From positions 4,158,123-4,222,122 of the forward strand of contig NW_002060944.1 in assembly GCF_000150275.1 (NCBI RefSeq): a DNA stretch of 64,000 nucleotides. Direction: 5' to 3'. Positions 25,301 to 38,195 of the stretch are shown in pieces. The notes under the pieces are model-generated. The model saw only the letters and a program-made list of their open reading frames with translations. It ran no database searches and had not been told where the DNA came from. The translations under genes and the position numbers were made by a program. This stretch comes from Trichoplax adhaerens. Taxonomy: Eukaryota; Animalia; Placozoa. The first letter of the stretch is position 1; each line of letters begins with the position of its first letter.

Positions 25301-27458
25301 TCAATCTTGATTTTGCAATGACCACAAATCCAAAATTTGCTTTATCAATCTCGCCATCCATCAATGCGTTAGTACAGTATCATGTCCTGTTGATAAAGGG
25401 GTGGAAAGCTTAGTTTAGCTGGAAATTGGCCATTGACATTCTAAGGGGAAAACTGTTTCTTGAATAGTCCTTGCTATAATATGATATATACAATACATGT
25501 GCAAGGGTATACACGTACAGTACAGCATATGCGTAATTGGCAACTAAAAGTAAATGGCCATTCTGTATAATAGAGCACGAGGACAATGATGTCAATATGT
25601 ATGGAAAAAATTGTTGTAACTTTTATTTTCAATAGTACAAGCTGTTCAAATTGTAGCTCAAGATTCTCACTTTTGCTGTCATCATCCATTCAATATGATG
25701 TTGCAAACTACCTTGCTCATTTTAACATGTTCGTGATATACGATATTATAATTGACATTTCCATATTTAAGGAACTGATTCCTCCTATTCAAAATACCCA
25801 AATCATGATCATCAATCAAGTGTCTACGATTGTACGTTTACAATGCAGTAAAACAGTAAATGAAATAGCACAACAGAATCAATCTAATCTTAATATACTC
25901 TGAATGCTATTTCTCACATTTCCGTAACACTTGCTCGTCCAGTTTATAATATCACTACTTTATTAACGACCAATATTGTACCTGACTTTGGTACTGTATG
26001 GAATTACCGGTTACTCAATGCGACACCTACAAAGATATCAATTTACAAATTCACATAGTATCAACGAGGATACTCTACTTTGCACACTTACAACGATATA
26101 CTGCATTGAAATTGATCAACTGCATATGTGCTAAGTTCCGCATGAACCATTCTTGATACTTGTAATGGCGTATATTTTACTTCTGTGATCGAGATCATTT
26201 GATTGCATGGAAAACATGAATTTTTGTTCGCGTGCACTCATGATTATAATATACGCTTCATTCTTTCTAAACTGTAAAATTTCTTAGTTTATACAATATA
26301 TGACAGCACTGTAGTATGTTAGAAATAAGGTAATGATCGTCTGTCTACTCACAGTGCTGAAATCATAATTAGTTTTACTTACATAATAAATAGAAACGCA
26401 TTTATACAAAATTGAATAATTTATAAATTAAGATTGAAGATTAATAGACTGTCAAATCGCAAGAAATGCAACAACACAGTATACTTGGAATAAATGAAGT
26501 GATTAAAATAGTTTTTATATGTCACTCTGGTAATAATCCAGAACTATGCTTGTAATGCTGTTGAATGAAATATCCTTTTTAATTCAGTTGTATGATATGC
26601 CACAATCTATAATATGTATCGTAGTAAAATCAGTTTTACACGTATGATTTAAATTTTCAGTAACAAATTATCTATTTGGCAATCAAGTTAGCAACTACAC
26701 TCCAATATTTATTTATAGAATAATTTCGATCGTGAATATGGATACAAGAAGCTATACAATAGTGTACAGGAGTAAGAGTCTATCATATATGGTGCTATAC
26801 GTTCTTGACTTACTGGAGGCATCATGATGAATAAATACATGTGTAAATTTAGCAGTCATGTTTACAACTTGTCCAGCTGTATCAGCAAGTCTGCTCAGCG
26901 TTAGCAGCATATTCCTGATCACTTAATGTGAACGTAATTTGTACAACACCTTCTAGTACGCATAAAAAAATGTCAAAGTAGTTTTGAATCACTAATCGAG
27001 AAGATTTCTTACAGTTAATATACTTCATTTCGCTTTAGATATTAATGTACAGTATGTACAGTTTTGTGATGAACACAGTAAAATTATCTCTTCGAGTTGA
27101 TAAAATAGTCTTTATAAATATAAATGATAGCTGCTTTTTAAAGATTTACTAGATAAAACAGAAAAGAATGATCATTGAGGATTTGCATGAAATATTTAAC
27201 CAATTCATTTTACAGTGATTTCGTCAGCTTAACTGAAACCAATAGATTAAGTAGGTGAATCCGATATGTTAGAGGAATGCAACACCATCATGTAAGATTT
27301 ATGTATATCCCATGCTAACAGGCCCAAGAATAGGACTTGATGTTGACGTATTAATACCAGTACAATTTCAACAGGCTGATTTTAGACATTCTATATACAA
27401 AAAAGTGATTTTGTACGGCCCCCCCCCCAAATCGACATTTAAACTCCAAATTGGACAG

Positions 27459-27866
27459 TTAATCCTTACAACAGGACTTGATGACATACATCTGCATTAA
27501 TAAAATCAAGGGGATAGCAGTGACGGTGTAAGCTGTCTTTGCACCTTCCAATCGTTGCACCAATAAGATTTTAAAAATCAACATTAACATATACATACTA
27601 CAGTTAAAGAGGGCGGTATAAATTCCTTTACGCACGTTGCAAGAAGTGCTAATAAAATATCGAATAAAGACGATAGCTGCAAAATAAGCAGCAAGGCCAT
27701 CCGCAGCGAACATAGGAGCAAAAACGACGTACCATGACAAATTAGCAACACTTTCAACTTTTATGGCCAATAATATAGAGAAAAAGAGCGAGCCAAAGGT
27801 GAAAATGAGTATTTGTAAAATTGATATTCCTAGTACCTTTACTAGTTCTTGGTATGTGAGTAACAT
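27459..27866 (-). CDS. TMEM203: Transmembrane protein 203, single coding exon, 135 aa
   Basis: MLLTYQELVKVLG...FSILLAIKVE....LSWYVVFAPMFAADGLAAYFAAIVFIRYF matches the TMEM203/TMEM185 family pattern. ATG at 27866. Confidence 0.88.
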   Translation of the reverse strand: MLLTYQELVKVLGISILQILIFTFGSLFFSILLAIKVESVANLSWYVVFAPMFAADGLAAYFAAIVFIRYFISTSCNVRKGIYTALFNCSMYMLMLIFKILLVQRLEGAKTAYTVTAIPLILLMQMYVIKSCCKD

Positions 27867-28753
27867 CGTGAAATAAAACCACCTATACAAGTATTGTGCA
27901 TTCCAAGTAACGAGAATTTGTGATCCTTCGAAAATGGATCAAAAACTGAGACGATGACGTTGTTGTTATCAATTGAATTTTTACTTCAAAGGCCAAATTT
28001 TTGGTATACTATACGTTTATACGTTTACGGATGACAAGTTTCTTGAAATGAGCGCGTGATCAATTTGAGTTCGAAATCATTGGAGGCACTAATGTGCAAT
28101 TTTATCATTTATTCTCTCATTTTACGGCTATCGTTGTTCTGCAAACGAAGCATTTCCAACCAAACCTTGAGCAGGTACAATAATAAAGTGATTTCAAAGT
28201 ACGTAGGGCGAGAAGTTGTTGCTGTTTACCCATGAAATGAGAACTACTATATCAGGCAGTTCTGAGTGTAGAAAGTAAATTAAAACTAGCTCCGAAGTTC
28301 ATAGCGTTTAATATGCTAATTACAATTATGGACCGACTCTATTTGGTAGTATACTATAAGCACTAAGCAGAGTGGCGTTCTCTCTAGGCTAGGATAGCAT
28401 GTCAGATTGATTGAGTTAGCTCTTTACTATGGGTTATAAGCGCTGGTTTCTGCACCGCTACAGGATGTACTCTGCCAGTGTACAGGACAGAACTCAGTCA
28501 AGCGCCACAGCCAGCATTACGGTATCGCTGCATATCGTCATAGTGAGTAGTAAGTAATTGGAATTAGGAAGTTTTGCAGACACGAGCATTTAGCGGATAC
28601 TATACTACTGATTGTAGATCCATCATCATTGGAATGATTTTCCAGCCCTGACGATGCTTGTTGGCACTCTTCTTCTTCAATTCATATAGTACTATACACT
28701 AAGTGTTGTAGTTATACGCTTTCATTTCCAAGATACAAGAATTAAGGTTCAAG

Positions 28754-31700
28754 ATGAAAACTCAGGAATTGCTGACATTACAGGGCCTACACCAATATCT
28801 AAAAAGTTTACCTGCGATCATTTTGGATAAACTCTACAATCATCCTGCAGCATGTTTAGCTACTTTTCGGTATGTTTTCTTGATAGCTATAGCAAGCAAA
28901 TGTATAAATTTGCTGTATTGCACTCTACTCGACTGTCTACTTTGTGCTATTATGGAATGCAGACAGTTGTTATACTGTACAGTCATGCTAAGGATAATAC
29001 TGTATTGATTGCCTTCTACACGTATTATGTATATCTAGTTTCCTGTTGCGGTCCACTATTTCTAGACTTCGTTTACTTCCAATCTAGCACTAGCGTACAA
29101 TATGCAAGCTCATTGCAATGGACGGACATGTCTTGATATTGAATGACACTATACACAATTCTCAATTGCCAATATAACCTGTATTAATTAATCAAGTGAA
29201 TATTACCATCTCATAGAGAATTGTCGCAGCTAGCCAAGCACTACGTCATGAGGACGTTATTTACCATACAAGCAATACCGACTAGCACTATTTCTGCTTG
29301 GGTAAACAGTCAACACCAAAAGTAAGTTTTCAATCATGAGTAATGCGTAAATAGACAGAAAACGAGTTACTGCTGTGATAAATTCGAAAAGGATTGAATG
29401 TTACAGTTCTTACGTCTAAGTGCAGCTATCTCCATCTCAATACTTCTTAAATCTGAATACTTAGAGAACATCAAGCAGCTCTTAATCAGTTGACGGAAAT
29501 TCGTATTTGGCAAAGTCACACTTTACCGGGCGGGATGCAAGGCATCAAATTAAATGAATCATTTCGAGCTAATTTAAAAACTGCGCTTTGCGGAGGGTAG
29601 GTTGATAGCATTCAATTTGAATGCAGTGAATCTTTATTCTATTACAGTTCCTTGTGAAAATGATAAGATATTGTAAACATGCAGATTCAAGTTAATAATT
29701 TCATTTAAAGATAAAAGCTTCACTGTCTGTGTAACTGGTAAGCTTAAGCGCTTAACATTTCCAATAGTTTCTTATTACTATACTTTGCTGTTTCATCATG
29801 ATTTTGTGATATACGCGAATATAGCGGTGAATCATGGTATGGACCACAACTATCGAAAGCAGATAAATATCAGTTTACATCTGAAGCATTGGATCTAAAA
29901 TCAAAAGAGCGATGGGAAGTATGTCATCCAATTAAAACTACTTTGTTTTATTGTGGTGTTGCATCACGTTCTACTCATATAATTTGTACAATATACTGAC
30001 TGTATTTATGGCTGATTTTATAATAACAATTTTTATTGTTAGTGCGTCCTACATTATTTAGTTGGTGCCGGTGAGGACTTGGCTCTTAGTGGCGAAATTC
30101 AATCGTTGCTTAATAACTGTGGCCTGGTTAGCAAGTAAGCACAACTTTGGTTATTAAGTTTCAATTGATACCTACTCAAGCTCTGCCAATTTCATGTTTA
30201 GTTTATCTGAAATTTTAATATATATAGAAATGGTATTACGGCGGCCGGATTTCAATTTTTGCTGCTAGATAGACCTTCTCAAGTATGGTACATCTTATTG
30301 CAATACTTAGATTCAGCTGAAGTAAGTTAAATATAAAAAATTTACATCAAAATTTTTATCTCAGTAACGCCGTTATACGCATATATGTTAAAAATTGAAT
30401 TATCTCATAATAGTCTCTTGGGATGGATCTTGTTGAAATTTTATCATTTTTGTTCCAGTTAAGCTACTCTACTTTTGGTCAGGTTGGTCTTGAAATCGAT
30501 ACTTTGTAATTGTAGTAGTGAACACTTTATAATGCACGATATATATTTTCTACTCATAATCTCGATTAGAATTACTCGACAGAAGGTTTAACACAAACTC
30601 AGTTGACATGTTTGCAACATATGCGCGAAATTGGCTTAGTTGTACAACGTAAGGTATGGTAAAAATCTTTCAGAATTTTTTTAGCATTGGAAGGAGTTTT
30701 TCATTGCAAACTTTTGTATGACGTATGATTGCTTTTTACAGAGGAAAGATATGAAATTTTATCCAACGCAACTAGCAATCAATTTGGCTTCCGGTAATAA
30801 AATTTATTACTTCATTGTTACTAGTAGGATTGATAATTTCTATCCTGTAAGTGTAAGTTGTTAGACAAAGAAATTAGTGAAATAATAGATTATACTATTT
30901 GGATAACAGGTGCAAAGCAAGAGGAGCTGGATCATTCAAAATCGTCTGGTTACATTATTGTTGAAACAAATTATCGTCTATATGCATACACAGGTTTGAT
31001 CAATATATTGAGATTATCAGTTAGTTAATTAGCCCTGCAATACGATTGAAATATATCTTCAAAATGTAAATTCTTAGAATCTCCTCTTGATATTGCCTTG
31101 GTGGCGCTATTTTGCGAAATGATGTACCGGTAAGTTTGAGACAGTAGTGTGTATATGCAACACTATAAAATATTTAGTGTTAAAGTTGAACACTTTTCAT
31201 TTAATTAGACTGCCCGGCCTATGTGTGGGCTTAATAACCAGAGAAAGTGTACAACAGGTAAATACATAAAGTCGATAGGATATCTTTATATTGAATTCTG
31301 TTTACTGATTTTAATCATTTCCTTAGGCGTTTACAAATGGTATCACAGCTAATAAAGTATGTCTTGTAAATTCGTAAAAATAAGAGAACAATGATGTGTA
31401 AATACGTTGTTTCGACAGTATGCTTATATATTCTTCCTTTATTCTTTTACTCTAGATCATCAATTTTATTCGAACCCACGCTCATCCAGAAGCCAAGAAA
31501 AAGGTAACTGTAATCATGTGTTGAATTGAATGCGTAGGGATTAGTGCCATAGTTTCATTTTAGCGATTGATAAAGTATTAGAAGTTACTAAAAATTAACA
31601 ATAGTGTTATGCCATGCATAGACCCCAATTGTTCCTTCAACAATTATTGATCAACTATATCTATGGGAATTGGAACGTGGTAGATTATCTTGTTCTGATG

Positions 31701-32079
31701 GTGAGAATTGGAATGAATTTCGTTTTAATGGCTGTTATATTACTATTTATTTATTAAACTAAAACTTCAGCTAATGTTATCCTTTGCATAAATAATTGAT
31801 TAGGAGTGCTTTATAATCAGATCTTATCTTCATCTGATTTCGAGGCGCTACGAAAGTACGCAGATGTAAGTTCTATCTAATTTATTCTCCTTCAGAAATG
31901 CTACTATACATTGACAGTATATTTGCTATCACTACTATAGAGCTAATATAAGGTATATTTGCCTCTAGGATATGGGTGTTCTATTGTGGGCTAGTCCTGC
32001 AAAGCGGTTACTGGTCGTGAATCGTGACGGACATAATCATGTTAAGCACTTCTGGAAGCGTAATAAACAAAAAGATTGA
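28754..32079 (+). CDS. GTF2H4: TFIIH subunit p52/Tfb2; 17 coding exons: 28754-28869, 29217-29321, 29465-29596, 29825-29918, 30043-30134, 30228-30321, 30414-30482, 30570-30653, 30742-30793, 30910-30993, 31078-31129, 31209-31257, 31327-31356, 31456-31503, 31622-31700, 31804-31865, 31969-32079; 450 aa
   Basis: Motifs [79 protein letters not shown] and [10 protein letters not shown]. All junctions are GT-AG and the total is 1353 nt in frame. Confidence 0.96.
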
Positions 32080-32978
32080 TCCAGAGGCTGTTATTTTGTA
32101 ATTATCTAGAATGTTCATATTAAATATTGACTATATTATTTTCAGTTAGTAAGTATTTATTTAATTATACATTACAGGTACAGGATTGTAGACTGATGAT
32201 ATGGTATACTGTATGTTAGTTAAATTACTGGCCCTTAGTTAGACATTAACCAAATTTCATTTTAAAGATGAAAGTTAAAATATATATGTCATAAGTAACT
32301 TTGGATAGTTGTGGTATGTGATATCACGTTTGTAATAAATAAAATTTCAAATTCATCGCAAATACGAAGAACATTCATTTGACTGCACTCTGGGATACGT
32401 CAACTCATTATCATAATATACGCGACATTGCATGACCGTGCCATGGACACAAAATGTTCTCTCGCAGTACAGTAAAAAGAACAGCTAAAAGAATAATTTG
32501 GATTGGTATTTCGAATCGCCATCCACTGTATTATATTTATCGAGCGAGGGGTATACTAGTAATAATAATTATAATTAGTAATCCAATAAATATTCACAAC
32601 CTGCTCCTATTTTGGAATCGTACAGTATTGTACTATATTACTGCAATCAGTACTGTACGTGCAATGCACATGATTATCATACTCTGCAACACTGCACTGG
32701 CTGTGTATACGGACAGTACGGTAGATTGGACACTGCACTTATGTACTGATTTCGTTATTCGTGAACATGACTCATAGTGAACCTTAGGTCTGTTTTAGTA
32801 ATACTGGAAACCGTATGCTTTGTATGGAAAATGATGTAATACAGTCAAATACTATACAGTGTACGGTAAAGACCCTTGGTATCCCGTATTGTACTGTACA
32901 AAATCGCCAGAATTACGTCGACATTTCTGGAGAATAATGTGCGGAAAGAACGAGCACAAGCCTTGCGGAGATAGCAAC

Positions 32979-34168
32979 ATGTCAGATGAGGAAAATCAAA
33001 GCGTTGAACAAGATGAGAATGTTATTATTGATCCAATAGGTACCGTATCTTTGTACTGCATGCTATATTAGTTTGAGTGAACTAGTGTTACAAACTACAG
33101 TATATATCAATTCATCACTAAATTTCGCAATCCGAGAGACAATTACAGTAGATTTTTTCCATCGAAAGTATTACAAAAAATCGTATAGCGCAACAAAAAT
33201 CTAGCACATAATCGCTCGTTTCTATCATGTACTTGCCTCCAGAATGTGTTATGTAGTGATTCATATAATGTACAGTTTCTATCACAAGCTAGGCTACCAA
33301 GCTGTTTTGCTACCATATGTTGCCAAACTTACGGATTAACTGATCTTTTATAGACTTGCTATTAGTGAGAGAGAGAGATGGCTTCCATCGATAATATCAT
33401 ACGACATAAATTTTGACCTGTCTTGGCTGTATTGTATATATATACAGCATATATCCGTAACATACTCGTATACAGTGAATGATTAGAACGATAACCGAAT
33501 TTGTACGCTGATTGATGATTGATGTTATTGCACTCGACAGTCACACTGAGTCACTTACTGTTATTTACTATTAGTAAGATTACTGAGATATAAGATATGT
33601 ACTCGTATAGTTTTTGCCTATTTATAGATATCATACGATTAAATGGCCTACTTGTCTTGGCTATATATTCAGCGAACAATTAGATGATAAAATAGAAATG
33701 TTATATAGCTATAACTAATTTTGCACCATAATAGAGCACCAGAAATTTTTTATTATGAAATATAGTATTTAAAAGCGTAGTATTCACGCTTATGACGCTT
33801 CTAGAAATGCTTGATGTGTAGAATAATATTTGGATTTAATGATATCATAGGATCACGAATCTAATCAGCTGATAGTAGTAATCAGTAAAGCATTACAATA
33901 TCACAATTGTAGGAGTAATAATTATTTTAATTTTATACTTTAAGCGGTGGCAGGAGAAATTGAAGAATTGGATCAAACCATTGACAACCTCAATTCTTGC
34001 TTGGATCATTTAGAGTCTTGGAGTGATTCATTAAACTCTAAGATGCGAGAATTTATAGAAACTATGCGAAAAGATAGGGAAGAACGCCAAAATCAAGTAC
34101 CAACTGAGCATTTACAAGATTTAAACTTGAAATCTCAATCAAAAACTCCGGATGCAAAAAATTCATGA
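32979..34168 (+). CDS. BBLN: Bublin coiled-coil protein (UPF0184/C9orf16); exons 32979-33039 and 33945-34168; 94 aa
   Basis: Acidic N-terminus followed by LDQTIDNLNSCLDHLESWSDSLNSKMREFIE, matching the family LNSCLDHLE motif. Phase-1 GT-AG join. Confidence 0.82.
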
Positions 34169-35950
34169 TTCCGTTGATAAGGACCAAATTAAAATTTTCT
34201 CGATATTCTGAATTAAAACAGATACGACCTGTAGCTAGTCGCTAATGGTAGCTATATAATGTTTACAGACGCAATAGGGTTTGTGTTATTGGTAGGGTTA
34301 AAATTACGGTTATGGCTACATTTGTTATTACCTTAAGGTATCCTTACATAAAAGACGTAAAATTTAATTAGTAAGACCCTATAAAGCAGTACCATGGGGG
34401 TAATAATATTAGTTCGGCGTATGCAAGATTGCAGATCACTCTAGATTTATTATTTTTAAGATCTATCCGTACACTAATTCGCATTGTCAACCTATTCTAA
34501 ATCGGCGCTATACGAAATTCGGATATATTCTATTGTAAATAATCTCGGATTTACGATAATCATAACTATAAATTGATGTAATTGCTTCTGTCTTGAAATT
34601 AAGTTTAGCAATCATCTATTTTTATTACTTTGCTTAGTAAATATACTGTATTTCTTAAATCTTACTGCTCGTATTTATATTTTTAGTCTGTCTAAACGCC
34701 AATACCGTATTTAAATCTATGCTATATTGTATAGTACGTTGCTCAAAATCTTAAATTTTACTTGATAATACTTATGTGTATAGAAGAAAAGAGAACACAG
34801 TTTAGAATTTGAGTACTGGCGATGGGTATCGTGCAGTACTCTGCAATTTACCCTTTGGATTAATTCCTTCTTTCAGCTGCCTAATACTAGTGATGCTATA
34901 AAATATCAGATATACCCAATACTTTTATATTTTCGCTTGAAGTAAAAGTATTTGTACATAGAACATACATTCACGATGGCATTATAAAGATAACAGAAAA
35001 TAAAGAAAGTTGAATGTGATCTTATGTACTGTACGCGTATCTATTTCTTTGCTAATTGTGTTGTTTGTCTTCTAAGCTGTAAATGTAATTGTTTGTAGCT
35101 ACGTAGTGCTGTTGTCGATGCAGCATGAGTAAGACATTATCAATCTCTTTTAGTAGTACTGTCATGTGGTTACTGTTTGAAATTTCTGACAGTTAATAGA
35201 GTAAATCTACTTATTACTGGTATAGATGGAATAAATAGGATCTATGTCATGGTATCATTAATGATTTACTGTTTTTATCTTAACAGTACAGTAATAGTGA
35301 ATACCGGTGAATGGTGATATCAACTGCTTAGCTAATTGTGTGCTATTACACGCAATATTTAATGATTGCTTTTACTGAAACAGAGTCTAGGTCAAACAAG
35401 GATCATCAGGCTAGAATTCAAATTATTTTTAAGAGTTACTGCGTAAAATATATAGTAACATAGAATAAGAGGTAGCTTGATTACATAAGCTGCATGAACA
35501 CAGCTTACGTATAATCTTATAAGAGTTATTAAATTAGCATTGATCTTTATCGAAATTTTTACTTAGCTGAAATTGTAGACAGACATTAAGGCCAAGATAA
35601 TATACAAATAATTTCATTACACTGGTTCGAAAGATGATTTAATTATGCCTAATACGTATGACAGTTCGAGGGTATACAGTAATCCGAAGAAACAATACAT
35701 AGTATAATATTTATAACAATATATGCTCAATGTTATAAAAATTGTCCAAAGTTTATTAATGCTCAGTAAAAGTATTTTAACTATTAAGTTTTATAATAAA
35801 ATTGCAACTGAGAAAATGTTTCATTTACTTTAAAGCAAGTTACAGATTGCGAATGACATAAATTTTCTATTTCTGTACACAAAAGTATTTGAATATAAGA
35901 GTATTCGTACACTAGGTAAATAGTCAAATTTTGAACTATTGAAGGCTATC

Positions 35951-36787
35951 TCAACGAGCTTTCTTCTGTTGCTTTTTGAAAGTTATGCCATCACCTTCTA
36001 ATCCTGAGGACATTAAAGGATTAATGAAACAAATCCACCAATACTTTCCAAATACAACAGCTAAGTTTTCGGTTACTGACAAGCGGTAGCTAAAGTCGTT
36101 GGTAGCAGCTTCTTTCCAGGTTTGCCCATTTAATACCAAGTGCATTTCATAATATACCAGGCCTCCAATACTGATAGTAGCTGTTAAAGGTAAGGCACAA
36201 AAAAATCCGGCTAGTGCTTCGTACGAAGTAGAATACCCTATGAGCCAAGCTGGGAGAGGCATAAAACAAGCTATCAAACGACCGAGGGTAAATCCGTTAT
36301 ACACCTCTGATGCGAAGGTAAAATTGACAATCGTTGCATACAATACACCGAAGAAAAGGTAGATAATTGAAACAACAAAGTATCGATGATTTTTTAAGCC
36401 AATACACATTGAAAAGAAAAAACAATGATGATCTCGTTTAAGGATGCAAATATTGCATTTATAACAGTGAGATGCACGCGGAGGGACATTCCAACCGCAA
36501 TCAGCGCAATGTTTCCAGCCAGGTTTAAGAGTAGCAGGCAGGATTATGTTACTAGGTGAACTATCAACATATAAAACCATAAAGATGTTGATATAGATAT
36601 GAACAGCTAAAAAGCTTAGCCAGAGTAAATGTAATAGAAAAGGAGTATCAATGAAAGGATACCATACCACTACTACATGTACTTCGTAAAGGATTATAAT
36701 AGTAATTAAAAAGTAGGTTAAAATTATTGTTGACCACGATAACTGATAATTGAATTGACGATTTATTCTAGAAATTAATGATGCCAT
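35951..36787 (-). CDS. DHHC palmitoyltransferase, ZDHHC24/22-like, single coding exon, ~278 aa
   Basis: C..C....PPRASHC..C..CILKRDHHCFFFSMCIG..NHRYF, four hydrophobic segments, a GQTWKE (TTxE-like) motif and NLAVVFG. First ATG at 36787. Confidence 0.9.
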   Translation of the reverse strand: MASLISRINRQFNYQLSWSTIILTYFLITIIILYEVHVVVVWYPFIDTPFLLHLLWLSFLAVHIYINIFMVLYVDSSPSNIILPATLKPGWKHCADCGWNVPPRASHCYKCNICILKRDHHCFFFSMCIGLKNHRYFVVSIIYLFFGVLYATIVNFTFASEVYNGFTLGRLIACFMPLPAWLIGYSTSYEALAGFFCALPLTATISIGGLVYYEMHLVLNGQTWKEAATNDFSYRLSVTENLAVVFGKYWWICFINPLMSSGLEGDGITFKKQQKKAR

Positions 36788-38195
36788 GGTACAACCAGTA
36801 TTGGATATTGAGAAATACAACAGTCAGGTACAATTCGATTTTAGGACGGATTCTCTGGAAATTAAGCAGGAAATATGTAAAAATATTAATTAACCGATTC
36901 CCTGTAACCTTAAATCTTACTATTTGTTGTAAATTAAGGTCATGGGCTCATAGCCATAGTATGTCCAAGAATGCTATACGACAAAGTTGTGCATTGCAAG
37001 TTGTAATGACTTTCGCTTCTTGTTGGACCTATAGTACTGCAGGTATACAGTACTATACAGTACAGTACAGTATAGTACCAGGCTTGCCTCGAAATCGAGG
37101 TAAAGCAGAACTACATACAGTACGTACAGTACAGTATACTGTACCGTGTAGAGTACTGCACTGTACACTAAAATCCCCTCTGAGGTTTGTACTGTAGACT
37201 GCAGAAGGTGTACAGTACTGTACTCTACCCTTGTATTTATTTATATTTTATCCGTGTAGCACTTACTGTACAGTTCTGTGTTTCTTCATTGAGCTAGTCA
37301 ATTAAGAAATTCAGTTCTACTGCAATCTTCTTACTGTCTTCCATGTGCACGGTTATCACTTCGTTACTTGTTTCTAAGAAGTTGATTCTCCTCTTAATTT
37401 TCATCTCCCATACTGTACTGTGCCACAGCTAAACGTTCTTCCACGGTACAGACATACAGACAGTAAGATTGCATGTATAGTCGTTCAATAGCCAAGCATG
37501 CGTAGTGAGAAACGCATTGCTATGGTAACGATAAGGTAAAGTATACAAACACTCGCATCATCAGTTGCAATCCATAATACTATACTTATCAGTAATCTTG
37601 ATCGATTTATCAATTCAGTCAGCAGCATTAGGCTATGGCTACAACAACAGCTAGAGCATAGTACAATATATACTGTGGATAGCAACCTAAAATGATTTTT
37701 GCATCTGTCTGCCAAGTGCACAATACAGCCTGCAGCTTCTCTCAATTTTCCTACTGTGGTCACGTTAACTACGGCATACCGATTAATTAATTGTAAAAGG
37801 AATAAAGAAAGTGCGTAGCGTAACAACGGTAGTGAATGTGTATTAATTTAAATAAATAAATAGTAGGCACATACACAACACGGCAACACAGCAACTGTAA
37901 CAGTATTGACTATAAAATTTGAACGCGAAGTATATTGCGTATTAGAGTATATCATTTGTCTGTTTTCAGATACTAGGGTATATGAGTAGTAGTGCATTAT
38001 TCGTATTTCTGATATTGATATCACATATACCTTGGACACCCAAAGCACTTGATGCAAATACTGTAACATCGTAGCAACCGTCATCGACGAGATAAGTTGT
38101 GTTCTGTATCAGATCTTGGCGATAGAGTACAGATACAGAAAGTAGCAGTTTAAATTTCTTATCAGGCGATCAAATCAAGTCGAAGATTTTAAAGC

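Noticed and set aside
25410-26300. Overlapping short ORFs between PNPO and TMEM203
   Set aside because: No motif or consistent splice chain found; may be decayed coding sequence but this is unsupported.
36778-37197. ORFs rich in YSTVQY/TVLYC (also 8121-8339, 24244-24529, 32454-32777, 36974-37168)
   Set aside because: By-products of TACAG/TACTG arrays, with no protein-like features.
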